Notes under the pieces: model-generated
The model's database searches: none
What the model saw: only the letters and a program-made list of their open reading frames with translations
Told to the model about the DNA's origin: nothing
Part shown: positions 20,000 to 29,758 of the stretch, one piece after another
Position numbering within the stretch: position 1 is the stretch's first letter
Layout of the letters: each line of letters begins with the position of its first letter
From: Pseudomonadota bacterium
GTDB taxonomy: Bacteria; Bdellovibrionota; FAC87; UBA2466
Direction of reading: 5' to 3'
DNA: 64,000 nt
Assembly: GCA_043718025.1 (NCBI GenBank)
Contig: JAYSWN010000020.1
Span: forward strand, 15,227-79,226
Translations under genes and position numbers: made by a program

Positions 20000-21453
20000 T
20001 TTATTCGAGCCCCGAATTCCTAATCCTCTTTTCCCTGACCTTGTTGGTTTACTTACTAAGCCCAACTTACAAGGCCCGCTTCTACACGCTTCTGACTTCG
20101 AGTCTGCTGTTTTATTCGTGGGCTGGTATCTTCGATAGTTGCATATTCTTATTCGTCGTTATTATCTCTTGGTTGGCCACCTACTTCGCCGCAAGAACCC
20201 CCGAACACAAACAGAAGTTCATCACGGGGGGCATCATCGTAATGGCTGTGCACCTCCTGTTTTGGAAGTACGGGCCGTGGATCACCCGCGAGACTCAAGT
20301 TCTATTCCCGGGTTTCTTGCGCGGACATAAGCTCGACCTACCGTTGCCAGTCGGAATTAGCTTCTTTACGCTTCAGGGCATTGCCTACCTGGTCGATTTG
20401 AATCGGGGAGAAGCCTCCTTCATTCCGATGAAGCAGTATCTCCTATTCAAAAGCTTCTTTCCGCAGCTCGTCGCCGGTCCGATTGTGCGGGTTCCGCAGC
20501 TGATGCCGCAGTTGAATGTTTTGAGAAGGCCGACCTTGGCGGATATTGAGCAGGGCCTGTTTCTATTCTGTCTCGGATTTTTCAAGAAAGTGTTTATTGC
20601 CGATCGCTGCGCCCCCTTTGTAGATCCGGTTTTCGAAAATCCTGCGGACTATTCGCGGACCGTCTTGTTCAAGGCGGTGCTGGGGTACACTGTACAAATT
20701 TGGGCCGATTTCAGCGGCTATACCGACATGGGCCGGGGAACGGCCAAAATGCTCGGAATTCAATTGCCCGAGAACTTTCTTTCGCCCTATTTCGCCAAAA
20801 CGCCTTCGGAGTTTTGGCGCCGGTGGCACATCACCCTCAGTGAATGGATCCGCGACTATATCTATATCCCGCTGGGCGGCAATTCGGGTGGTCTGATTAG
20901 AAGTTCGGTCGTGGCTATCACGACCATGTTTATTTCGGGTTTGTGGCACGGCGCAAACTGGACTTTCGTGATTTGGGGCTTCTTTCACGGGGTCCTGCTG
21001 CTACTGGAACGAATGATTAAGAAGGTGGATCCCTTTTCGGCGAAATGGTCTTCGCGGCTGCAAGAATTTGGATCCCACCTTTTGATGTTCAGTATGATTA
21101 GTTTTGGCTGGCTGATTTTTCGGGCCAAGAGTTGGGGCGACGCTCTAATCATGATTAAGGGTTTATTGGTCGACTCACATAGTGCCAAGGCGGTGCCCTA
21201 CATTGAAAACCTGGAATGGTGTCTGGGACTTTGCTTGGGAATTCAGCTGCTCTTTTACTACGACTTCAAGTCCAAGCGGATGCCGTTCTTAGATCGGGGG
21301 CGAACGTTCTGGAATCACCATTTGGGTCGCTTCCCGGCGCTTCAAACTGCCCAACAAATTGCTTTGGGCTTTTTTCTAGCGGCCATCGTCCTATTCTGCA
21401 TCTCCTCTAGGGTTTTGGAGAGCTCCCCGGCATTTATTTATTTCAAGTTCTAG
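19996..21453 (+). CDS. MBOAT O-acyltransferase (AlgI/DltB family)
   Basis: LPVGISFFTLQ, FFPQLVAGPI, DFSGYTD, EFWRRWHITLS, SGLWHGANW. Confidence 0.95.
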   Translation: MIYSSPEFLILFSLTLLVYLLSPTYKARFYTLLTSSLLFYSWAGIFDSCIFLFVVIISWLATYFAARTPEHKQKFITGGIIVMAVHLLFWKYGPWITRETQVLFPGFLRGHKLDLPLPVGISFFTLQGIAYLVDLNRGEASFIPMKQYLLFKSFFPQLVAGPIVRVPQLMPQLNVLRRPTLADIEQGLFLFCLGFFKKVFIADRCAPFVDPVFENPADYSRTVLFKAVLGYTVQIWADFSGYTDMGRGTAKMLGIQLPENFLSPYFAKTPSEFWRRWHITLSEWIRDYIYIPLGGNSGGLIRSSVVAITTMFISGLWHGANWTFVIWGFFHGVLLLLERMIKKVDPFSAKWSSRLQEFGSHLLMFSMISFGWLIFRAKSWGDALIMIKGLLVDSHSAKAVPYIENLEWCLGLCLGIQLLFYYDFKSKRMPFLDRGRTFWNHHLGRFPALQTAQQIALGFFLAAIVLFCISSRVLESSPAFIYFKF

Positions 21454-23191
21454 CTGTCTCGAGACGGCGTACGAGTTCGAGCATTCGCGCGCCCGCCTGC
21501 CCATCGAGAACCGCAAGGCGGTTTGCATCTCGCTGTTGCGCCTCTTTCAACGAAGTCCAGTAGGCCGGTTCGTGCAGGAAGCGTTTAACCGCCGCAGCGT
21601 ACTCCACCTTTGACCTCACCTCGACTACCCCTTTTAAGCCGACGAAATCGTCGTAGTAGTAATGAAAGGCATCAAAGTTGAGCACGGGAACAGAAGCCGA
21701 AATCGCGATTCGAATGGTGGCAGAAACCACGGCAATATAGAGGTCGGCGAGGGGAATCAGCGTTTCCACTGGCTCATCCACTATCCGCGCGCCCAGCGAC
21801 TCGATCCATTCCACATCGTGGCGGCGGATTCGCGGGTGAAGGGAGATGAGCACAGCATCGCCCGGGTTCCGGGTCGCGGTGACGGTCTCGACCAAGAAAC
21901 GAAGCAGGTCCGGGTATTGTTTGAACTCTCCGCGCCGCTCATTTCCTCTGGTCATTTGGTTTGGGGGCAGGCCGAACAAGATGAGTTTTCCGGTAACCGC
22001 AATCCCTAATTGTTCAGCTAGCCTTTCCCGCAGCTCTTTACGGCGTGGCAAAATCGCGTGCAGCTTATCGTCGGCCAAAGTCCCCGTGAGGCAGATCTTC
22101 TCCTTCTCGATTCCCGCCCGTTCGTAATAGTCGGCCATGTAGGGATTCTCGGCCGCAATCACGTCCGCGTTGCCACTGTTGAGCAACCACGGGACCCGAG
22201 GCACCATGTTGAAGTACTCGCACGCCAGAACATGGAGGGGGGGCAAAATCAACGCGCGCCCGCGATGCTGCAAAACCCAGCCGGGAAAAGCTTTGGAGAT
22301 CAGCCGATTGACCCCACGATGCGCCTGGAACCGCCGGGATTTATAAAAGGCCTCCGCCCACTCCAGAGTATTAGCGATGGTGAACGGCACGATCATGACC
22401 GGAATCGAATGGGCGTGCGCCGCCCGCACCACGAAGTGGCTGCCGTAAAACAGGTTGGCTTCGGGCAAAATCAAAATCGAGGGTTTCTCTCGAGCTAGCA
22501 ACTCATCGACAACTTCGTAGAACCGCCTTTGCGCCGTAATGCCCAGAAAGAGACCATCACTGCCAAGCCGTCTTAAGGCGCCGCGAAATCCGGTAACGTT
22601 CGATGGCAATGCATTATTCCAGGCCGCCGAAAACCGGTCGAGCCAAACGCGCTGAAGAAAGGATCGGGCCTGTGAGCCAGCGTCGTCCGAAATTGGTTTA
22701 GCCGGGGAGAATAGCTGCCGCAAAATGCCGAAGGTCAGGGCGAAATGAAGGGGAATAGCCGCAATTCTCCCTTTGACGCCGAGTTGAACACGTTTGCCAA
22801 AGGCCTGGAATTCCCGCTTGAAAACGGTGCGCTTCTCCCGAAATTCGGCCAACGCTTCTGGCGACGGCAGAAAAGAAAATTGCTGCCGTAGCTTCAGATA
22901 ATAGCCCCGGCTCGGCATCCAAATTGGAGCCGCCGGAAGCCGCCGAAAGGTTTCCCGGTGCTGGGCTTTGGGCCAAAAGGTGACCCCGTTCCAGATCCAA
23001 GCTTCGTAGGGTAACTCTTTCGCTTCCAAATAGTGGGCATCGAAAACCCCCGAGGGGTGAAATATTAGAACCGGATCATACTCCCCGGACTGCTCCAGAA
23101 GCGCCGCCTGGTCGAGCAGCAGACGCAGGTGGGTAGGAATCGTAACCAGTAAAAAGGCTTTCTTTCGCGTGGCGATTCCTGACCCTTGCAT
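21443..23191 (-). CDS. Putative GT-B/HP-motif glycosyltransferase (paralogue 3)
   Basis: VPFTIAN..E, PWLLNSG, TGTLADD, LPPNQ, ISLHPR, LIPLADLYIAVVSATIR. Confidence 0.6.
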   Translation of the reverse strand: MQGSGIATRKKAFLLVTIPTHLRLLLDQAALLEQSGEYDPVLIFHPSGVFDAHYLEAKELPYEAWIWNGVTFWPKAQHRETFRRLPAAPIWMPSRGYYLKLRQQFSFLPSPEALAEFREKRTVFKREFQAFGKRVQLGVKGRIAAIPLHFALTFGILRQLFSPAKPISDDAGSQARSFLQRVWLDRFSAAWNNALPSNVTGFRGALRRLGSDGLFLGITAQRRFYEVVDELLAREKPSILILPEANLFYGSHFVVRAAHAHSIPVMIVPFTIANTLEWAEAFYKSRRFQAHRGVNRLISKAFPGWVLQHRGRALILPPLHVLACEYFNMVPRVPWLLNSGNADVIAAENPYMADYYERAGIEKEKICLTGTLADDKLHAILPRRKELRERLAEQLGIAVTGKLILFGLPPNQMTRGNERRGEFKQYPDLLRFLVETVTATRNPGDAVLISLHPRIRRHDVEWIESLGARIVDEPVETLIPLADLYIAVVSATIRIAISASVPVLNFDAFHYYYDDFVGLKGVVEVRSKVEYAAAVKRFLHEPAYWTSLKEAQQRDANRLAVLDGQAGARMLELVRRLETART

Positions 23192-23210
23192 AAATTCTCT
23201 TAGAAACCGT

Positions 23211-23756
23211 TTAAGCCGGTCCCGCCGTCGGGAGCTCGACCTTTCTCATTTCCACGTGCATTCCGTCGATCACGTTGGTTAAGAAATAGGAAAGCTTCAG
23301 CATCAGCCATTCGGAGCGGAAGATTTTACGGGCGTAGGTGTCGTAAGTGTATTTGAAGCTCGTGATTTCGAATCGCGCCCCGGTGTAATATGGCCGCCAT
23401 TCACCGGTGAAAAACTTGAAGGAGATCTCGGTAAAAAATTTAACGTGGGTGGGATCGCTAAAGGCGTAGCGGTGATTCCACGGAACCACCCTAATGTAAA
23501 CCGTACCGCCTGGCTTGAGCAGACGGTGTATCTCTTCCATGATCTTGATCGTGTTATCAAGATGTTCGATCACGTCCAGAATTTTGATCTCGTCGAAGGT
23601 TCCCGACTCCAAGGGCCAGGGAAGCTGATTGAGATCGTGGACCACATCCACTCCGGGCAGAGGATGAAAATCGATGCCCACGGCGCCCGGCGTCTTGCTC
23701 GTGCCGCAGCCAACGTCGAGAACCTTCAACCCCCCTTTTAACGGCACCGTGCGCAT
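23211..23756 (-). CDS. SAM-dependent methyltransferase (Methyltransf_11-like)
   Basis: LDVGCG, HDLN, DVIEHL, LKPGG, DPTH. Confidence 0.85.
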   Translation of the reverse strand: MRTVPLKGGLKVLDVGCGTSKTPGAVGIDFHPLPGVDVVHDLNQLPWPLESGTFDEIKILDVIEHLDNTIKIMEEIHRLLKPGGTVYIRVVPWNHRYAFSDPTHVKFFTEISFKFFTGEWRPYYTGARFEITSFKYTYDTYARKIFRSEWLMLKLSYFLTNVIDGMHVEMRKVELPTAGPA

Positions 23757-23758
23757 GC

Positions 23759-25063
23759 CTAGTTCATTTCCTCGCAGCTCCACTGGCTGTCCAAATTCAC
23801 CAAGGAATTATAGGAGGGGCGCTTGCCTTCCATTACAAAACTATCTATTTCCCGCGACTGCACATGAAACTCGGCCATCTTTTCGCTATCGAGGTGATGA
23901 TAGAGCTCCAAAGATTCCGCGTCCCGAATCATAGCATTTAGCCGGTAGACCCCGGGAATTAGATTCGGCTTCGCAAAAGTAGCGCTAATACGGTAGCGCC
24001 GCCCGGCCTTCAAGCTCGGAATCCGAATGGTTTTATTGGAGATATTCGAGTCGTAGACCACGTTCCATGGATAGATGCCGGGATGCGACAACCCGAGTCC
24101 CACTTGAGGTTTCTTGATGTCGGTATTGGCTTCGAACTCAAAGTAGATTTGGAGATCGTCACCTTCCATAACCTTCTTTACCGTGTCGCTAGTGCTGTTT
24201 TCGAGACCGGCGCCAATAAACGTGACCGATTCGGTCTTAATTCCGCGTTGCATGTCATCGTCGTACATTCTTTTGAATTCGCGCTGTTCGGCGGCGTGCT
24301 CTACGTCCCTACTGAGGGAGCGATAAACCGAAACAACTTCTAGCGGGCTACCCTGGGTATAAATCGCCGCTTCCCGCAGCAAAATGGCCCGATCGCAAAT
24401 CGTCTCCATCATATCCATGTTGTGCCCGACGAAAATCACCCCGCGCGCGGCACGCCGTAATTCCGAAATCTTTCGCAGGCACTTATTTTGAAAGCTCATG
24501 TCACCGACCGAGAGCACTTCGTCGATGAGCAAAATGTCGGGCACACAGTGGATGGCAATGGCAAAGGCCAGCCGGGCATACATGCCAGACGAATAGGTAG
24601 CCACCGGCGCTTCTACAAAGTCGCCAATATCCGCAAAGTCGATAATCGCATCTAGCTGTTTTGCGATCTCGGACTTCTTCATGCCCAAAATCGTACCGTT
24701 GAGGTGAATATTCTCTCTACCGGAGAGGTAAGGATGAAACCCCACTCCCAGCGAGATGAGCCCACCAACGTGTCCGCGTAACTCCACGCGGCCCGAATCG
24801 GGCGGAAGAATTCCGTTTAACACTCTTAGTAGGGTGGATTTTCCGGCGCCATTCGCCCCGATGATTCCGAGAATCTCCCCTTTTTCCAAAGTAAAGCTTA
24901 TGTCCTTGAGCGCCCAGAACTCATCGGGCCGGAGAGAGTCCGAGCTGCGGTTCAGCCCGAATATCGCTCTGCCAGCGTCGCCCACTCCGTAGGCCATGCT
25001 CCGCTTCAAGTTCTTACAGAACTTCTTGTAGACGTGTTCAACTTTTATAAGAGGGTCTGGCAT
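23759..25063 (-). CDS. wzt: Polysaccharide ABC exporter ATPase with C-terminal domain
   Basis: FWALKDISF, GANGAGKSTL, YSSGMYARLAF, IDEVLSVGD; long C-terminal extension. Confidence 0.93.
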   Translation of the reverse strand: MPDPLIKVEHVYKKFCKNLKRSMAYGVGDAGRAIFGLNRSSDSLRPDEFWALKDISFTLEKGEILGIIGANGAGKSTLLRVLNGILPPDSGRVELRGHVGGLISLGVGFHPYLSGRENIHLNGTILGMKKSEIAKQLDAIIDFADIGDFVEAPVATYSSGMYARLAFAIAIHCVPDILLIDEVLSVGDMSFQNKCLRKISELRRAARGVIFVGHNMDMMETICDRAILLREAAIYTQGSPLEVVSVYRSLSRDVEHAAEQREFKRMYDDDMQRGIKTESVTFIGAGLENSTSDTVKKVMEGDDLQIYFEFEANTDIKKPQVGLGLSHPGIYPWNVVYDSNISNKTIRIPSLKAGRRYRISATFAKPNLIPGVYRLNAMIRDAESLELYHHLDSEKMAEFHVQSREIDSFVMEGKRPSYNSLVNLDSQWSCEEMN

Positions 25064-25076
25064 TAGGTTGTCCGCC

Positions 25077-25934
25077 CTACAACATCTTCTCGATCACCTT
25101 GTCTTCGGTGACGTGAAAAATTCGCCAAGAAATCAGAAACACGGCCATAGAAAACAGAACGGCGTAGAGAAATTGCGGAAACGCCTCGATGTGACCCCTT
25201 ACAATGAGATCCCGCGGCGCACTGATCAAATAGGTCAGCGGATTCCACTTAAGGATTGCCTGCAGGTAAGGATTCTCGAACTTGGGCGAATAGATGACCG
25301 GAGTGATCCAGATTAGAAGATTCATGCCTATGTCGGCGATTCGCGTCAGCTCGGGAGCCACCACGGTAAAGATGGAGGTCACAAGCCCTATTCCCGCGCC
25401 CAAAAAAAGCAGAGGAAGCGCAACCGCCGGAAGGAAGATCACTTTCCAACTAGGGATCACCCCCATGCAGGCCAGTACCACCAGATTAACGGCGATGGCG
25501 ATGAGCGAATTGGCGATATGCTGGGCCAACTGCTTCACGAGCAGCACTTCGTGTGGGTACTTTACTTGATTGATGATTCCCGCACCCGCCGCCAAGGTCC
25601 CCTGACCCGCAGTATAGAAGCCCATAAAGAGCGTCCAAAGCGTCGTACTTAGCAGTACGAACGCTGGATACGGCATACCAACATCGCCAGGGTTCAAGAT
25701 GCCGGCCGCGTTAATGAAAATCCAGGAGAGGGCCGCCATTACCGGCGAAACGAAAAGCCAGGTCATTCCCAAAAAAGATTTCCGGTAGGTCGCAAAAAAA
25801 TCCCGTTTGAAGAGAACGATGATCATTTCTCGGTAGGCAATAATATTCTTGAAGATAACCGTCGTGGAGACGAGAAAACCGAGCTTTTCGCGCGAGTTCG
25901 GTTCGTAAATGGTAAGGGGTCTGCTATTGGCCAT
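25077..25934 (-). CDS. wzm: Polysaccharide ABC exporter permease
   Basis: RDF...YRKSFLG..W, TPVIY, NPL motifs; adjacent to wzt. Confidence 0.92.
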   Translation of the reverse strand: MANSRPLTIYEPNSREKLGFLVSTTVIFKNIIAYREMIIVLFKRDFFATYRKSFLGMTWLFVSPVMAALSWIFINAAGILNPGDVGMPYPAFVLLSTTLWTLFMGFYTAGQGTLAAGAGIINQVKYPHEVLLVKQLAQHIANSLIAIAVNLVVLACMGVIPSWKVIFLPAVALPLLFLGAGIGLVTSIFTVVAPELTRIADIGMNLLIWITPVIYSPKFENPYLQAILKWNPLTYLISAPRDLIVRGHIEAFPQFLYAVLFSMAVFLISWRIFHVTEDKVIEKML

Positions 25935-25970
25935 GGAGACCGTTATCTAAATCACTCGGGGGCATTAGTG

Positions 25971-27155
25971 TCAATCGCGTTGCGGGGGCAGACCCGGCGA
26001 TCCGGGGCCCGCAGAGAGAGCTCTAACTACTTTGATTTGATTGAGATAAAGCTCGTTGCTTTCGTTCATCCACCGTCGCGAACGGTCGGGAAAGTAAGCA
26101 TCGATCAACGGCGCATCTAAGGCGTGCAAGACGTTAATCCCGTGCAGTAACGGTAAAGAGACGGATGAGTAGGAAAACGAAATAACCTTGGTATCTTTCA
26201 CCAAAAATGGCATCGCTTCGATGGGAATTTCGTCGCTGTTTACGATCGTAACGGGATGCTTTTGCGATAGGGCTTCGGCAATTCGCGAAATCTTTGCCTC
26301 CCCGGAAACGGGATGGGCCTTAAGTGAAATAGTGCTAGTCAGGGGCAACCGACTTGCCACCTCGGTGTACATCGCCCGTTCTTGTTCCTCGGAGGTCAGC
26401 CCCGATTCGGAATAGGAGCCCAGAATCATCACTACGCGGTCCCCCGCAAGCTCAGCGGGCAGCCGCCCCTTTTCGGTCAGGTGACGGTGGGTCGACCGCG
26501 CCATGCGGTCCACAATATCGCCCAGAACCCCGGCATTCACGGGGACCAAAGTTTTGCCCAGCATAAAATCTTTTCCCGGATCGCAGAGCAAGATGGGCAC
26601 CACGTACTCGGCGTCGAGAACCGGGCGCACGCTCGGTAGGGTCCACGCCCGTTTAAGCCGGTACAATAAATTTTGCAACCGACCGGACCGCAGGGGGAAC
26701 GTCATGCGCGTAAAGTAGGCATTGCTCTGCACCACCCCCAAGGCATCTCCAAAACAAACTCGCGCAGCCCCGGGAAATGCCTGCATCGCCGCCTGGGCGA
26801 TAAAATCGGCACTGACGTCGTGCGCGTAGTAGACCGCGGAGAAGTTCTCGTCGGCAAATTTTTTGCGTAGGTAACGCGCTTTGCTTAAAACCCGCGTGTT
26901 CTGCGACAGGCGTTGTTTAATTTCATCGCGCGAAGGAAAAACCATTCGCACCCACGGAAAGGGTTCGAGCAGTAATTTAAATGAATCTAAGCGGCGATCG
27001 CAAACCGCGGGCGGGGTCGAGGGTGGAGTCCAAACCAAAACGGTCAGCGGAAGTGTCGCCCCTTCTCCACGCGAAACTCTAAAGCTCATCACCGCGGCAA
27101 GACCGGGCAGGAGCTGCTGCGGGTAATAAACGCACAGGAGTGAAGCTTGGCTCAA
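25971..27155 (-). CDS. Putative sialyl/nonulosonyl transferase (polysialyltransferase-like)
   Basis: FGDALG, LKAHP, IPIE, SFSYSS motifs; directly downstream of nonulosonate genes. Confidence 0.55.
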   Translation of the reverse strand: MSQASLLCVYYPQQLLPGLAAVMSFRVSRGEGATLPLTVLVWTPPSTPPAVCDRRLDSFKLLLEPFPWVRMVFPSRDEIKQRLSQNTRVLSKARYLRKKFADENFSAVYYAHDVSADFIAQAAMQAFPGAARVCFGDALGVVQSNAYFTRMTFPLRSGRLQNLLYRLKRAWTLPSVRPVLDAEYVVPILLCDPGKDFMLGKTLVPVNAGVLGDIVDRMARSTHRHLTEKGRLPAELAGDRVVMILGSYSESGLTSEEQERAMYTEVASRLPLTSTISLKAHPVSGEAKISRIAEALSQKHPVTIVNSDEIPIEAMPFLVKDTKVISFSYSSVSLPLLHGINVLHALDAPLIDAYFPDRSRRWMNESNELYLNQIKVVRALSAGPGSPGLPPQRD

Positions 27156-27158
27156 AAC

Positions 27159-28118
27159 TTACTTTCTATCGCCGCGGATTCGCAGGTACCACTCGAGCAT
27201 CTCGACTTGGTTGGCGATGGTAGGAAGCCTAACGTCGGTCCGTCCGGCCATAAACGCTTCGACCTGCTTAAAGAGGCCCGGCTTGTACTGGGTATCCAGA
27301 GCATCGTCGATTTCCGCGCCTTCGATGGCCACGCTACCAATTTTCTGAATCTGAAGTTTCTCCATCGGACGGAAAATGAGGCGGTGCTTACGCGTCAGCA
27401 TTTCCACCGACCAACGGCCGGGGGCTTCCCAATTCGCCTGGTAAGAAAAAAGCGCACCGTTGGTGGCAATTCCGGCCCCCGCAAAAACCGACGCCGTGGG
27501 GTGCCAGGCGACTCCGCCCGACGTGAATGCCGACAGTTCTTTAGGCCTACCGCCCAGGTGAAAGGCCAGGTCCATCACGTGGGTAGAGTTAGCGAGCAGC
27601 CACTCTTCCTTTACGCCCGCTTCTTTCTCGATGCCGGAAACTACGTGCCCCCATTCCGTAAACTCGAAATTAAAGGAGGTGACGCCGCCATCCTGCTCAA
27701 TGATTTTTTTGGCGGCTTCGACCGAAGCGTAGAAACGCCGGTTGTAGCCCACGTTCACCGTCGATTTTCCTTCGGCCGCTTTTTTGGCGACGGCGCGAAT
27801 GTCCGTCGCCGTGTGTCCACCCGGCTTCTCTAAAAGCAGATGCCGAACCCCGCGGCTCAGCAGCGCCAATGCCGTAGTGCCGATCCACTTTTCGCCCACG
27901 GCGACCACCGCATAGTCCGGCAAATGATTGGTGGTGTCCGCCAACCACGCATCAATTCCACCCGTCGCCGCCGCAAAACCGGTTTGCGCGGTGAATTTTT
28001 CGGCCGAGGTAGGGCCGCGGCCAACGGTAACCGGATTTAGATTTAGCGCCTTAAAGACTTTGGCGTACTCGACGGCCATTGGACCAGAGCCGACTAGCAG
28101 TACGGATGTTTGACTCAC
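27159..28118 (-). CDS. Gfo/Idh/MocA oxidoreductase
   Basis: VGSGPMA, LLEKPG, VGYNRRF, NSTHVMD. Confidence 0.85.
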   Translation of the reverse strand: MSQTSVLLVGSGPMAVEYAKVFKALNLNPVTVGRGPTSAEKFTAQTGFAAATGGIDAWLADTTNHLPDYAVVAVGEKWIGTTALALLSRGVRHLLLEKPGGHTATDIRAVAKKAAEGKSTVNVGYNRRFYASVEAAKKIIEQDGGVTSFNFEFTEWGHVVSGIEKEAGVKEEWLLANSTHVMDLAFHLGGRPKELSAFTSGGVAWHPTASVFAGAGIATNGALFSYQANWEAPGRWSVEMLTRKHRLIFRPMEKLQIQKIGSVAIEGAEIDDALDTQYKPGLFKQVEAFMAGRTDVRLPTIANQVEMLEWYLRIRGDRK

Positions 28119-28143
28119 GGCTTAACTCCTGTGGGCATCGGCC

Positions 28144-29109
28144 TCACGTAAAGGGGAACTGACTCATCTCGGGCGACTGCAATTTCAGCACGTTCAAAAG
28201 CGGATTTAAAAGCCTGAGGTGAATTCCCACCGAGCTAGAATACGGCGTCAAACCGCACTGGCCCGTCGCCAGTAACCGCTGCACCACGCCGGTCGTAATT
28301 TCACTTTGGTAAGGAATGGGCGCTTCGCGCTCTTGCCACGCCCACTGCGATGACTCATCGGCATACCACAGCTTGCGCTCTGACTCTCTGACCAGGTAAC
28401 GGCTTTCGGCGCCGAAAATCTCTACGATCACCGGGGCATTTCCCGTCGGGTAGCAGGTCACTTCGCAGCGGCTACCGTTGGCAAAACGTGCGATCACCGT
28501 ACCGTTTAGCTCCGCGAAGCCGGGGCGCTTGCTAGCGATCACCGTGCGGTCGAGTCCGCTAGTGTCTAATTCAAACTCTTCGCAGTTGGTTAAGTGCGCC
28601 AGATGATCGATGTAATGAATGGCGTTAGTCACCATGCCGTATTGGCTGCCGGTAACCCGGTAAGAAACGGGGGAGGCCGACAGCTCACGCTTTATCTGCT
28701 CGTAGGTCGCCATTACCCGCATGGGGCAATTTACCCACGCCGCGACAGCGCCGTTTTTAATCGGCTGCTCCATCACTGCGTAATCGGCGGCATCGTTAAA
28801 GAGCAGTTTTTCGAGCACGAGGTACTTATGTTCGCCAGTGGCGAATAAACTCTCCAACGCCTTTCGGCGCACGTTGGAGCTAGTGGCCACGATGGCAATT
28901 TCGGTGGCTGCGGTCGGCTCAAACTTGGTCGTAAACGTAACGTGGTGTTGGTGGGGAGAAGTAACCGCGTCGTAACGTTCCTTAGCAACTTTAAGTGAGG
29001 CTTCGGAGGGATCGATGACGACGATTTCTAAAGGTTGTGCTATGGCCTTAAGGGCCTGCAAATGCCGGCTACCCAACTGACCGGCGCCAACAATTTTTAT
29101 TCTGGCCAT
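28144..29109 (-). CDS. Gfo/Idh/MocA oxidoreductase
   Basis: IVGAGQLGSRH, VLEK, WVNCPMR, NAIHYID. Confidence 0.85.
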   Translation of the reverse strand: MARIKIVGAGQLGSRHLQALKAIAQPLEIVVIDPSEASLKVAKERYDAVTSPHQHHVTFTTKFEPTAATEIAIVATSSNVRRKALESLFATGEHKYLVLEKLLFNDAADYAVMEQPIKNGAVAAWVNCPMRVMATYEQIKRELSASPVSYRVTGSQYGMVTNAIHYIDHLAHLTNCEEFELDTSGLDRTVIASKRPGFAELNGTVIARFANGSRCEVTCYPTGNAPVIVEIFGAESRYLVRESERKLWYADESSQWAWQEREAPIPYQSEITTGVVQRLLATGQCGLTPYSSSVGIHLRLLNPLLNVLKLQSPEMSQFPFT

Positions 29110-29754
29110 TTAGATCTCCAAAAAACCTTTGATAATTCTTAAGCCCGTGGCCCCGCTTTTTTCCGGATGGAACTGACAGCCGTAAATTTTGCCTTTGGCC
29201 ACCGCCGCCGAAATGCGGCTGCTTCCGTAATTAGCATCTGACAGCCGGTGCTTTTCGCTAGCCGGCACCGCCGTAAAGGAGTGTACGAAATAACAGTGCT
29301 CTAACTCCGCCACGTGCCGCAATACCGAATCTTTCCACTCGGGCGCTTCACTCGACCGAACCAGTTCGTTCCAGCCGATATGCGGCACTTTCAAGGGAGC
29401 GCCCTCGGGGCCCTTTGGCTCAATGGGCAAAATTTTGCCTTCGATGAGGCCAAGCCCTTCGTAATTGCCGAATTCGGAGCTCTCCGAAAAAAGCATCTGC
29501 ATGCCTAAGCAAATGCCCAACAACGGGCGGTCACTGGCCGCGTAAGTTTTGATGGGCCCAATTAAACCGCGGTCGCGTAGTCCACTCATGCCATTAGAAA
29601 AAGCGCCCACGCCCGGCAGCACCAATCGTGTAGCCGCTAAAATGTCAGCGGGTTTATCGGTGACCAGAGTTTCGGCCCCGCAGTGCTGAAACGCGCGCGC
29701 GACGCTAAAGATATTTCCGATTCCGTAGTCGACGATGGTGATGAGATTAGACAT
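29110..29754 (-). CDS. hisH: Glutamine amidotransferase, HisH-like (WbuY-type paralogue)
   Basis: DYGIGN, LPGVGAF, GICLGMQ, PHIGWN, YFVHS, QFHPEKS. Confidence 0.9.
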   Translation of the reverse strand: MSNLITIVDYGIGNIFSVARAFQHCGAETLVTDKPADILAATRLVLPGVGAFSNGMSGLRDRGLIGPIKTYAASDRPLLGICLGMQMLFSESSEFGNYEGLGLIEGKILPIEPKGPEGAPLKVPHIGWNELVRSSEAPEWKDSVLRHVAELEHCYFVHSFTAVPASEKHRLSDANYGSSRISAAVAKGKIYGCQFHPEKSGATGLRIIKGFLEI

Positions 29755-29758
29755 AGCG

